This document shows, piece by piece, positions 54,670-63,968 of a DNA stretch of 64,000 nucleotides. The stretch's first letter is position 1, and every line of letters starts with the position of its first letter. The stretch comes from Pseudobdellovibrionaceae bacterium (GTDB taxonomy: Bacteria > Bdellovibrionota > Bdellovibrionia > Bdellovibrionales > Bdellovibrionaceae), in NCBI GenBank assembly GCA_039810425.1, contig JBDHWW010000003.1, positions 32,001 through 96,000 of the forward strand, in the 5' to 3' direction. The translations under genes were made by a program, and so were the position numbers. A model generated the notes under the pieces. It was not told the DNA's origin and made no database searches. It worked only from the letters and a program-made list of their open reading frames with translations.

Positions 54670-54928
54670 GTTTAGCCCTTTCTTCTTCGTAGTATTTTCT
54701 GTACATCACGTCCCACTCCGGAGTGCCTTCCATCACATTGCGTTTCAAGGAAGCCACTTTTTCGCGGGCCCGCTGATCGAGAGCTTCGTCGTCTTTGACG
54801 AATTCGGCAATCGCGAGCTTTGCCGCTCGCAAGGCTTGGTCATCGTCTGAGAAGTCCACGATGTCATCGCCCCAAACGCCGTCCGTTACGATGTGTGCCA
54901 GATGATTCTGGCGATCTGCGGAAATCAC
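54656..54928 (-). CDS. DUF507-like protein
   Basis: ISADRQNHLAH..VMEGTPEWDVMYRKYYEEE pattern. Confidence 0.7.
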   Translation of the reverse strand: MISADRQNHLAHIVTDGVWGDDIVDFSDDDQALRAAKLAIAEFVKDDEALDQRAREKVASLKRNVMEGTPEWDVMYRKYYEEERAKRGQR

Positions 54929-55203
54929 AAGATCACCTTTCTCTCTTTCGCGAGCTTTTGTTTTAGAATGGGAAACATTTTAAAACGCTGAAACTCGCCA
55001 GGATTGCTCTTTTCGAGCTGGTCCAGCATCGCATTGACGTCCTGGTCTAAAGCCGCCTCTCGGTTGTAATCTTCTTTAATGATTTCCACGACTCGAGCAA
55101 GCACAATCTTTTCATCTTCTTTAAAAACAATAAGATTTTGCTTTTTCCACTGAGCCAGAATTTTTTCAGCTAGAGCTTGAATTTGTTGGGAGGATAATTT
55201 CAT
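54925..55203 (-). CDS. DUF507-like protein
   Basis: MKLS..E..LD....KMF..KQKLAKERKVIL pattern; paired with the adjacent gene. Confidence 0.7.
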   Translation of the reverse strand: MKLSSQQIQALAEKILAQWKKQNLIVFKEDEKIVLARVVEIIKEDYNREAALDQDVNAMLDQLEKSNPGEFQRFKMFPILKQKLAKERKVIL

Positions 55204-55212
55204 AATGGTGTC

Positions 55213-57534
55213 ATGCCTCGCCCAGGATTAAAGAACATTTTCATCGTATTTACAATCGTTGTGACGCTCGCAATCATCACTCTGTGCGCGGGTATTTCTT
55301 ACGCTTTCTTCACACTCGAAGACGAGATGAATCAAAAGCTCGAAGCCAAGCGCATCCTCCTCCCAACGGAGTACTATGCCGCCCCATATCGCTTCCACAC
55401 CCCGTCGCTTCAGACCGTGGATAAGTCCGAGCGAGTGCTTCAGAGCCAGAATTATCGCGCCCGCGATTACCAACAACGCCTTTTACCTGGGGACTATCTT
55501 AAGGCAAATGCCCCCGAATGCCGCGCCCTGTTTCGAATTGCCGAGGACGTGAATTTCACCTCTTGCTTGGCCTTCGTAAAAAAGGACATTGATCCTGGCC
55601 AGGCGCAGAATGATGTTCGTATCTTGCTCTTTGACCCCGAAGGCAAAATACAGCAAATTTTTAAGGCCTTTCCTCTCGAGGTTGTTAACCAAGTGCATCT
55701 TGAGGCCCCATTAGTGGCTCAATACGTGGGCATCGACCCTATCATGCAAGAAGAAGCTCCTCTCGGAAAGATTCCCCCGTACTGTTCCAATGGCGTGATG
55801 GCCATCGAAGATCCACGCTTCTTAGAGCATCAAGGCGTCAATTACCGTGGGATTTTCAGAGCCATCATCAAAAATGTGACCTCGGGCCGCATGGTTCAAG
55901 GCGGCAGCACAATCACCCAGCAGTTGGTGAAGAATTACTTCCTGACCAATGAAAAAACCATCAAGCGTAAATTGCAAGAATTCGTTATGGCCTACATGCT
56001 CGAGTCGAAATTTACCAAAGATCAAATTCTCGAAACCTACCTGAATATTATCTACATGGGGCAGAACGGTCCGTTCCAAGTGCGTGGTTTTGGTGCTGCG
56101 GCACGATTCTATTTCAACAAAGACATTTCGACCTTGAATTTAAGCGAATGTGCGTTGTTGGCCGCAGTTGTGAATGGTCCGGGCGTGTACGACCCGTTCA
56201 AGCAACCCGTGAAAGCCTTCAGCCGCCGCGGCCTTGTTTTGGATAAAATGCTGGAGCATCAGTTCATTGCCGCAGCCGATGCCGAGACCGCGAAGGATCA
56301 GCCCCTGCCGACCGCACAGCCGCGCCTGGCGACAGAAACCGCTCCTTACTACCTCGATGCTGTTCGCAAGCAGTTGCAGGCGCAAAACATCGAAATCGCC
56401 GGCGCCAAGATCTACACGGCGATGGATCTCGAGTCCCAGCAATTTGCGCAAGAGGCTTTGAAAAACCATCTTTCCAGATTGGAAGAACAAAACAAACTGG
56501 TGAAGTCGCAAAAAGAAAAGGGCGTCAGCCTCGAAGGCGCGATTCTGTCAGCCGAGGCCAGCACAGGTCTGATTCAAGTGGCCGTGGGTGGACGCAATTA
56601 CCGTCTGACCCAGTTTAACCGCGCGATTGACGGTCACCGCCAAGTGGGCTCAACGATGAAGCCATTTGTTTATTTGGCGGCTCTTGAGTCAAAAGACAAA
56701 AACGGCAAAGACTTTACCCCGATCACACCGGTGAAAGATGAGAAATTCACGGTCAAGTACGAAGGGCAAACATGGTCTCCAAGCAATTATGGCAACGAAT
56801 ACTTCGGCACGGTGCCGATGTTCTTTGCGCTAAAAAGCTCTCTGAATGCGGCGACGGCTTCCATCGGTTTGGAAGTCGGACTTGATAAGATCATCAACAT
56901 TACGGAGTCTCTCGGCGTGACTTCGCAACTAAAACCATTTCCTGCGGTGACTTTGGGGGCGTTCGAGCTTTACCCGAAAGAAGTTCTGCAGGCTTACTTG
57001 GCGCTCTCGAAAATGGGTCAAAAAACGGACGTTAGTTTCGTCGACCACGTTGTGAATATGCAGGGCGAAGAAGTTTTCAAATTCACCCCGCACTCCGAGC
57101 AAGCTCAAGATGCCGTGGCCGTCGCGAGCCTGGTCAGCATGATGAAACAGACGATCGCCTCAGGAACGGCGAAGTATGTGAGCGCCAGTGGTTTTACCCG
57201 CCCCGCAGCTGGTAAAACCGGGACAACTTCTGAGAGTCGAGACGTTTGGTTCTCGGGCTTTACCCCTTATCGCACAACGATTGTTTGGATCGGTTATGAT
57301 ACCAGCACACAAAACAAACTCACGGGTGCCAGTGGTGCCGTGCCTATCTGGACGGATTTCATGAAGCGCGTGACGGTGGATGATCCTCCGGATGATTTTC
57401 CCTGGCCGGAAGACACCGTGAAAGTCACTTTTGATGAAAAGAAACTTCAAGAGATGAACACGCCCATGAAAGAGCCGATGAGTGTTGAACTCGTTTTCAA
57501 AAAAGGCACGGAGCCTGGTATTTTCGGATTTTAG
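55213..57534 (+). CDS. mrcB: Class A penicillin-binding protein, PBP1B-like
   Basis: Transglycosylase EDPRF..H and GGSTITQQLVKN; transpeptidase STMK, SLN and KTG motifs. Confidence 0.92.
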   Translation: MPRPGLKNIFIVFTIVVTLAIITLCAGISYAFFTLEDEMNQKLEAKRILLPTEYYAAPYRFHTPSLQTVDKSERVLQSQNYRARDYQQRLLPGDYLKANAPECRALFRIAEDVNFTSCLAFVKKDIDPGQAQNDVRILLFDPEGKIQQIFKAFPLEVVNQVHLEAPLVAQYVGIDPIMQEEAPLGKIPPYCSNGVMAIEDPRFLEHQGVNYRGIFRAIIKNVTSGRMVQGGSTITQQLVKNYFLTNEKTIKRKLQEFVMAYMLESKFTKDQILETYLNIIYMGQNGPFQVRGFGAAARFYFNKDISTLNLSECALLAAVVNGPGVYDPFKQPVKAFSRRGLVLDKMLEHQFIAAADAETAKDQPLPTAQPRLATETAPYYLDAVRKQLQAQNIEIAGAKIYTAMDLESQQFAQEALKNHLSRLEEQNKLVKSQKEKGVSLEGAILSAEASTGLIQVAVGGRNYRLTQFNRAIDGHRQVGSTMKPFVYLAALESKDKNGKDFTPITPVKDEKFTVKYEGQTWSPSNYGNEYFGTVPMFFALKSSLNAATASIGLEVGLDKIINITESLGVTSQLKPFPAVTLGAFELYPKEVLQAYLALSKMGQKTDVSFVDHVVNMQGEEVFKFTPHSEQAQDAVAVASLVSMMKQTIASGTAKYVSASGFTRPAAGKTGTTSESRDVWFSGFTPYRTTIVWIGYDTSTQNKLTGASGAVPIWTDFMKRVTVDDPPDDFPWPEDTVKVTFDEKKLQEMNTPMKEPMSVELVFKKGTEPGIFGF

Positions 57535-58511
57535 ATTTTAATTGTCAGGCCTTCGTAAGCAAAATCCCATTGAACCGCGCTGAGTGCCTCACTGTTTTCT
57601 TTCGCGGCGTTGAGACGCCAGTCATAGTATTCCAGCGTTTGGCGTTTTAACTCTTGCACTTGCTGAATTGTCGCCCCCGGATCGTGATGGGCGAAAAGAA
57701 CTTGCTTAATGCCTTCACGGAAAGCGATGTCGAGTCCCACTTGCGCGGCACTGTGTCCCCAGTTCGCTTTTTCCGCTAACTCCGGAAAAGTGTACTGAGC
57801 ATCGTAGTACATCAAGTCCACACTTTGATAAAGCGGCAGGTCCGGACCCAGCTCTTCACGGGATACGCGAGTTCCTTCAGTATCCACGCAGTGCGAATAG
57901 ACCTTACCATTGCTTTCGATACGGAAACCCCAGCAAGGATCCGGATGGTCCAGCTTATATGGAGTGATCATCATATCATCAATTTCAATCGTCTGCCGAG
58001 GTTGCAATACATGGAAGTGAATCTTTGCCGCCAGTGACTCAAACGGCACGGGAAAGTACGGCTTCATGAAAACACCACGGATGAGTTTCTCCATCTCTTC
58101 CTGAACCGCGTAATAGTGAATTTGCACGCCCGGAACAAAGTGGGGAGTAAAGAAGGGCAATCCGATGACGTGATCCCAGTGAAAGTGGGTCATGAAAATA
58201 TGGAAAGGACCTTTACTCGCTCCGGCTTTACCGCTCATGATCTGCTCACTCAGAGAGCGAATGCCGCTGCCGCCATCAATGATGAGCCTGTTCTTGGGGC
58301 TTTTAACTTCTACACAAGTCGTGGCAGCTCCGTAACCACCCAAATGGGAGGCACCTAAAGAATCAATGTACTTTGAAACTGCAGTAGTATCACGATGGCC
58401 AGCATTGAAAAACCCTCGTAAGAGCCCTTCAATATGATTGGTCCAATCCGATGGAGATGGGGATGAGGGCAATGAACCGCGCACTCCCCAATACTTCATT
58501 GTTAACGACAT
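57531..58511 (-). CDS. MBL-fold metallo-hydrolase
   Basis: GVRGS, THFHWDH, DAQY, WGHS and HHDP motifs. Confidence 0.9.
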   Translation of the reverse strand: MSLTMKYWGVRGSLPSSPSPSDWTNHIEGLLRGFFNAGHRDTTAVSKYIDSLGASHLGGYGAATTCVEVKSPKNRLIIDGGSGIRSLSEQIMSGKAGASKGPFHIFMTHFHWDHVIGLPFFTPHFVPGVQIHYYAVQEEMEKLIRGVFMKPYFPVPFESLAAKIHFHVLQPRQTIEIDDMMITPYKLDHPDPCWGFRIESNGKVYSHCVDTEGTRVSREELGPDLPLYQSVDLMYYDAQYTFPELAEKANWGHSAAQVGLDIAFREGIKQVLFAHHDPGATIQQVQELKRQTLEYYDWRLNAAKENSEALSAVQWDFAYEGLTIKI

Positions 58512-58580
58512 ATGGGACTAGAATGACGGGGGAATAGGTTGCTTGCAAATAAAATTTATTGACGGCCTACAAGACTCTAC

Positions 58581-58865
58581 TCAGGTATTTGCCTTGTCAT
58601 AATTCACTTTCAAAAACTTGGACTTAGGTTGAGCCATACATGTTTTAAATGTTCGATCCAATGAGTGTTCGTTCACTCGGCCTTCAATCGAATCGACTTC
58701 TCCCTGTTCAAGCAGCGCAGAGCATGTTCCACAAACTCCTTCCAAACAAGAGTAAGGCGGGTTTATTTGCAGTCTCAAGGCCGCCTCAAGGACAGATTGG
58801 TACTCCGTCATCGTGGCTTCATGCTCTTGACCGTTAATTATGAAAACTACTTTCACGTCAGACAT
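58581..58865 (-). CDS. 2Fe-2S ferredoxin
   Basis: PYSCLEGVCGTC...TC ligand pattern. Confidence 0.9.
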   Translation of the reverse strand: MSDVKVVFIINGQEHEATMTEYQSVLEAALRLQINPPYSCLEGVCGTCSALLEQGEVDSIEGRVNEHSLDRTFKTCMAQPKSKFLKVNYDKANT

Positions 58866-60112
58866 TAGAATGAAAAGGCCGTACCCACGAGCATTGTAAA
58901 CACGTGCTGAGTTACGACCACCTCCTCTGTTGTTTGATTGATTTGCTGAATCGATTTGCCCCGACCGCCAGTGTAGTAACCACCAAACGTATAGTCGATT
59001 TTATCTCCGGACGTAAACGCCAAGTTCGCACTGAATCCAAGTTGGTCCACCTTATCCGGTTGGGCGCCCGCGATTGTCGCATCCGGATTGGGATGTGATG
59101 AGAAGTTCGTGAATGCGCCCATACGTACTTTCAACCAAGGCATCACTCGCTTCTCGACTCCCGCCGAGACATTCCAAATTGCCCGATGCTTCCAATGAGT
59201 CGCAAGGGCTGGATCGTTAAAATCGTTGTACTCCATGGCTTGATAAAGACTCGCATCGGCTGACACGTTTAGATCTTCGCTTTCATGATAAGCCACCCCG
59301 ATAGAAAGCTTGCCGGGAATATTCACATTAGTCTTTTCATCCGGACGATTCACCGTAGTGACCGTGTAAGGATTGGTATCAACCTTCGAAGAAAAATAAG
59401 AACCGCTGCCTTTCACCGTCAGATTCGGTGTCCGTAAACTGGTACCGAAAGACCATTTATCCGACAATTTCCAGTGATACCCAAGAATCGCAACAATGGC
59501 ATTTTCGACCAAGGTTTTCTCTGAGCTGAACAACACCGCTTCGCTGGCCGTTGGGAAACTGCTGTCATTCAGCGAACGCGTATAGCTTCGCGCGGTGTAA
59601 TACATCGTCAACCCCAAAGACTCAGTGTCTGAGATCGGCTTTGCCACCGCAGCGCCGACCCACAAAGACTCATCGACGTAAGCCAACGTCGTGGTATTTT
59701 CAGTACTGGCACGCAAGTCGCCCTTGTAGTTATCAAAATCAGGAACCACGATCGAAAATGCGATCGTATAGCCCGCCCGGCGAATCACACTGCCGGTGGA
59801 GGAGGGGATCGCGCGAAAGAAACCCTGATTGATTCGCAGAGGCGCCTTTGTGAAGTCCTCTTCTTTGCCAAAGGTCGTATCAAATTTTTTGTAAATGCCC
59901 ACGGCGGCTGAAAATGAATGCCCTTGCAAGAAGGCCAGCCCCGCGGGATTGTAATAAGCCAATGCCGACGCATCGCTAGTCATCGCGGTGTATGCTCCCC
60001 CCATCCCCGCCGCCTGATCGCCGATCAAAATGGAATTATAGTTTGAAAAGGCCGCCGTCGCTGGCTGGACCAAAACTAAGAGCAATAAACCGCTGAAGTA
60101 TTTTAATGACAT
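58865..60112 (-). CDS. FadL/OmpP1-like outer-membrane transporter
   Basis: AAGMGGA and YYNPAGL hatch motifs; terminal Phe. Confidence 0.82.
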   Translation of the reverse strand: MSLKYFSGLLLLVLVQPATAAFSNYNSILIGDQAAGMGGAYTAMTSDASALAYYNPAGLAFLQGHSFSAAVGIYKKFDTTFGKEEDFTKAPLRINQGFFRAIPSSTGSVIRRAGYTIAFSIVVPDFDNYKGDLRASTENTTTLAYVDESLWVGAAVAKPISDTESLGLTMYYTARSYTRSLNDSSFPTASEAVLFSSEKTLVENAIVAILGYHWKLSDKWSFGTSLRTPNLTVKGSGSYFSSKVDTNPYTVTTVNRPDEKTNVNIPGKLSIGVAYHESEDLNVSADASLYQAMEYNDFNDPALATHWKHRAIWNVSAGVEKRVMPWLKVRMGAFTNFSSHPNPDATIAGAQPDKVDQLGFSANLAFTSGDKIDYTFGGYYTGGRGKSIQQINQTTEEVVVTQHVFTMLVGTAFSF

Positions 60113-60188
60113 TCCCTTGCGTCTCCACTAGCTAGTACTGCAAAATTAAATGATTATTGACGGCAAAAGTCCACCAGAAGGTTCTCCA

Positions 60189-61898
60189 ATGAACTCTCAA
60201 ACTGCAAAAACATCTCCGCTTCGAACAGTTCTGAAAGAACTCGTGCTGCCTTATTGGACACGTTCGGAAGATCGCTGGCGCGCGCGCGGATTGTTGGCTC
60301 TCACTTTGGTGTTGATCGTCGGTATGGTTTACGCCCTAGTTCTACTGAATCGCTGGAATCAAGCGTTCTACGACGCCCTTCAGAACTTGAATAGAGAGGA
60401 GTTCATCAGCCAGCTATGGCGTTTTTTCTTTATTGCGCTTTTTTACTCCGTGATCATGGCCTTGAAGTTCTATGTTTTGCAGAGCCTCGCCATCAACTGG
60501 CGTCAATGGATCACCGAAAAAGGCCTGCACCGCTGGCTCAGCGACAAGAACTTCTATTATTGGCAATTCAGCGGACATGAACACGATAATCCCGATCAGC
60601 GCCTCTCTGAAGATATTCACGAACTCACCGACTTGAGCCTCGAAATCTCAGAGAAGGTGATCCGTGAGTTCATCACCTTTGTGTCGTTCATCGGCATTCT
60701 CTGGAGCCTTTCAGGCTCGGCCAAATTCACGGCGTTTGGTTATAACATTGAGCTTTATCGTTACCTTGTTTGGGTTTGCTTGCTTTACGCGGTGGTCGGG
60801 ACTTTCATCGTTCACAAGATTGGTCATCCGCTTTCAAAACTCAACTTTATGCAGCAAAAACTCGAGGCGGATTTCCGTTACTTCTTGGTGCGCCTGCGTG
60901 AAAACAGCGAAAATGTGGCTTTACTCAACGGCGAAAAAGCCGAACAGCAAAAGCTTTCGACCAAATTCTCCCAGGTCGTGGGTAATTTCAAAGCGCTGAT
61001 CTCGCGCCAGAAGAAACTGATTCTAACGACGAATATTTACGGTCAGTTGGCTTATATCTTTCCGTTTGTGGTTGCGTCACCAAAAGTGTTCACCAAAGAG
61101 ATCACTCTGGGGCAGCTTTTCCAGATCAGCAGTGCCTTTGGCCAAGTGCAAGGGTCGGTCTCGGTGTTTGTGGATATGTATGCGAAGATCGCGCGACTGC
61201 ATTCGGTCGCTCTGCGTTTGGGCGGATTCTTAGGTTTGCTCGAAGAAAATCACGGGCTTCGCGAAAAAGGCCTAAATGGAAAACTCCATGCAACAGAGGG
61301 CGCGGGTCTTTCCGCCGAAGATTTGCGGGTCCTAACGCCACAGCAGCAAACTTTGTTGACCGCCGTAAATCTAAAACTCACCCCAGGACAGAGCTTGCTA
61401 ATCACAGCTCCTTCGGGAAAAGGCAAAACCACCTTGCTTCGCACTCTGAACGGCATTTGGCCTTTCATTGACGGACAGATTCATCTGCCTCGTCACAGCC
61501 ACCGTCTTGTGCTCACACAAAAAGCCTACTTACCGATCGGCACCCTGCGCGCGGCTCTGGCCTACCCGCTTTCCGCCGAAGCCTTCAGCGATCAAGACAT
61601 GGTTACAGCTTTGGCCGGCACGAAATTGAACTCACTCATTCAGCATCTTGATGACGAAGACTACTGGTCGCAACGTCTTTCTTCCGGCGAGCAACAGCGT
61701 TTGGCGCTGGCGCGTGCCTTCTTGCAAAAACCCGAAGTTTTGTTTTTAGACGAAGCCACTTCCGCCCTCGAAAAAGACACCGAAGCCGAGATCTACCAAG
61801 CTCTGATAAAATCCTTCCCCAAGATGATTCTTATCAGCTTCAGTCACGAAGCTGGCCCTCTCGCGGCTTTCCACCAAAAAACTCTGGCATTGCTCTGA
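60189..61898 (+). CDS. Fused ABC transporter permease/ATPase, YddA/ABCD type
   Basis: DNPDQRLSED, EADFR, Walker A APSGKGKT, LSSGEQQR and LDEATSAL motifs. Confidence 0.9.
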   Translation: MNSQTAKTSPLRTVLKELVLPYWTRSEDRWRARGLLALTLVLIVGMVYALVLLNRWNQAFYDALQNLNREEFISQLWRFFFIALFYSVIMALKFYVLQSLAINWRQWITEKGLHRWLSDKNFYYWQFSGHEHDNPDQRLSEDIHELTDLSLEISEKVIREFITFVSFIGILWSLSGSAKFTAFGYNIELYRYLVWVCLLYAVVGTFIVHKIGHPLSKLNFMQQKLEADFRYFLVRLRENSENVALLNGEKAEQQKLSTKFSQVVGNFKALISRQKKLILTTNIYGQLAYIFPFVVASPKVFTKEITLGQLFQISSAFGQVQGSVSVFVDMYAKIARLHSVALRLGGFLGLLEENHGLREKGLNGKLHATEGAGLSAEDLRVLTPQQQTLLTAVNLKLTPGQSLLITAPSGKGKTTLLRTLNGIWPFIDGQIHLPRHSHRLVLTQKAYLPIGTLRAALAYPLSAEAFSDQDMVTALAGTKLNSLIQHLDDEDYWSQRLSSGEQQRLALARAFLQKPEVLFLDEATSALEKDTEAEIYQALIKSFPKMILISFSHEAGPLAAFHQKTLALL

Positions 61899-62017
61899 GA
61901 CCGTTCTTTCACCGTTCACAGCAGAGCCCAGAGACCTATGAAGCTCACGCAGGTCCATTCAGCCAGCGTGAAAATAATGTTGAGCAAGCAAGAATAAAAA
62001 AAGCATCCAACCGGCTG

Positions 62018-62236
62018 CTAACGGAGACGACCGAGGGTCACGCCTGTCTCTTTGGCGATGAGGGCGGCGGAAATTTTCGCAACTCCCCCACCGAAACTCC
62101 TACCCAGCAAAATACAATCTGGCCGGCGCCCCTGCCACTCGGATGCCAAGAACTTTCCGGTACGATAAAGGCCTGACTGAATCTCATCACAAATCATCGG
62201 AATATGGCGCGGTTTAAAAAGAAACCCGACTTTCAC
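62018..62236 (-). pseudogene. Fragment of a class III aminotransferase (ArgD/RocD-like)
   Basis: The class III signature ICDEIQSGLYRTGK...PDCILLGRSFGGG is present in only about 70 codons; the PLP Lys position is Arg. Confidence 0.78.
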
Positions 62237-62548
62237 CGATCATGCTTTGGCTCGGAGATCATGGCGATTTCCAGACTTTGCTAGCCGTGCCTGAAAAAAT
62301 CTCCGCGAGCTCCCAAGTGGACGCTTTTCCGTGATTGGGCCGCTGGCAAAGCAAAGAACACTATTCGCCTTCGAGCGCCTCATCGAGTCCGTGCAAGAGT
62401 TTAAAAAATCAAATTTGAAGGCCGAAGTCTTCGACAAAGAGGTAATAGTTACATTGTGCCCCTACACGGGGTTCTGGCGCCAAGTTTGATACTTTATTCT
62501 AACTACTTATTTTTACTTGTCTTTTAAGCGTGGTGGCAAAATAAAAAT

Positions 62549-62564
62549 TGGCCCTTGAATTGCA
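62549..62564 (+). promoter_or_regulatory. Sigma54 promoter for the radical SAM/SPASM gene
   Basis: TGGCCCTTGAATTGCA, GG-N10-GC with TTGC, about 65 nt upstream of ATG 62630. Confidence 0.7.
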
Positions 62565-62629
62565 TATTTTTAGCCTTGGAAGTGGATGGTGACATAAGGT
62601 CACCAGTTGGCCACTATTGGGGACGACTC

Positions 62630-63937
62630 ATGGAACTACGACGCTACAAAGACATCCTAGCGCTAAAATCAGAAGAGGGCACTCTTCTGGCGTTTCATTC
62701 GCGCAACATGGAGGTCGCTCAAATCTCAGAAAGCGCCTGGGTGAACATGAACCCAACAACGTTGCTGAATTCGAACCCTTCGAAGGTTGTGCTCCAAGAA
62801 TGCGAAGCCCTCGAAGAGCTCAAAACTTGGAACCAGGAAGACAACGCTCAGGTTAAAACCAGCAAGATCAGCAACAACATCCGCTTTCTTACAATCAACG
62901 TGACTCAAATCTGCAACCTCCACTGCTCCTACTGCGCGGCGGGCGGCGACGGTACGTTCGGCGATAGCATCGCCAAAATCTCTATCGAAAAAACCTTACC
63001 GCAGATCAAGTTCTTCCTCGATCGTTTGCCACAAGGCTTAAGCTTCAACGTAAGCTTCCTCGGTGGCGAGCCTTTGCTTTATGCTGAAGGCCTCGAGATG
63101 ATTGCGAAATATATTGCTGACATCGCCCCTGAACGCAGCGTGAATTACACGATCATCACGAACGGCACATTGCTGACGGACAAAAATGTTGATTTGCTGG
63201 CACGCATGAAAGCCACCGTGACGATCAGCCTTGACGGTCCTGCGGAGATCAACGATCGCATGCGTCCGACCAAGAACGGAACTTCATCAACGGCGATGAT
63301 CGTGAAAGGCCTTGAAAAAGTCCTCGCACGCAAATCAGAATTCAGCCACGTGATGATTCACGGAGTTTTCGATAGCCAAAACATGGCGCTTGTGAAAGCT
63401 TACGAGTTCTATTCCCAATTCAACGTGGACAGCTATGATTTTTCATTCTCGGTTTCTGACAACAATCCCCGCGCGACTCAAGAGTACATGGAACAAATGA
63501 CTCAAGTCGCCGCGCTGGCTTACGCTCAAGGTGGCGAGAGGGCTCTCAGAAAGATCCGCGCGTTTGAACAGCATTTTCAGTCGTTGGACCAACAACGCCG
63601 TACCGAAAACTATTGCGGCGCCGGCAAGTCCTTCTTGATGATTGATGCCCGCAATCAGATCTACACCTGCCCTTGGGATGTGAATGAAAAGAAAGAGCAA
63701 GTTGGCCAAGGAACAGAGTTAAGCGAAAAGGCTTTGGAAGCGTACCAAAAGCCGATTCTCGAACAGAACAAATGTGAAACCTGCTGGGCGCGATTCCTAT
63801 GCGGCGGCGGCTGTATGTTCGCCCATAAGCATGGCTCAGGATCTAAGAACGTTAAAAATACGCTGTTTTGCGAAAGAACAAGATTTATGGTAGCGCTGGC
63901 ATTGATCTACTATGAGCGATGCCGAAGCGCCGCCTGA
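62630..63937 (+). CDS. Radical SAM/SPASM domain protein, CteB/QhpD-like peptide maturase
   Basis: CNLHCSYC, GGEPLL, TNG and ISLDGP motifs; SPASM CGAG...YTC...CETCWARFLCGGGC...FC; ~80-aa N-terminal extension. Start moved to MELRRY. Confidence 0.88.
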   Translation: MELRRYKDILALKSEEGTLLAFHSRNMEVAQISESAWVNMNPTTLLNSNPSKVVLQECEALEELKTWNQEDNAQVKTSKISNNIRFLTINVTQICNLHCSYCAAGGDGTFGDSIAKISIEKTLPQIKFFLDRLPQGLSFNVSFLGGEPLLYAEGLEMIAKYIADIAPERSVNYTIITNGTLLTDKNVDLLARMKATVTISLDGPAEINDRMRPTKNGTSSTAMIVKGLEKVLARKSEFSHVMIHGVFDSQNMALVKAYEFYSQFNVDSYDFSFSVSDNNPRATQEYMEQMTQVAALAYAQGGERALRKIRAFEQHFQSLDQQRRTENYCGAGKSFLMIDARNQIYTCPWDVNEKKEQVGQGTELSEKALEAYQKPILEQNKCETCWARFLCGGGCMFAHKHGSGSKNVKNTLFCERTRFMVALALIYYERCRSAA

Positions 63938-63968
63938 ACCACAACCACCAGGACATGATGGAGCAATA

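Noticed and set aside
62474..62489. Additional sigma54-like sites (TGGCGCCAAGTTTGAT here; similar near 13515-13530 and 21990-22003)
   Set aside because: Each lacks the invariant GC, has the wrong spacing, or lacks TTGC and sits too close to the RBS.
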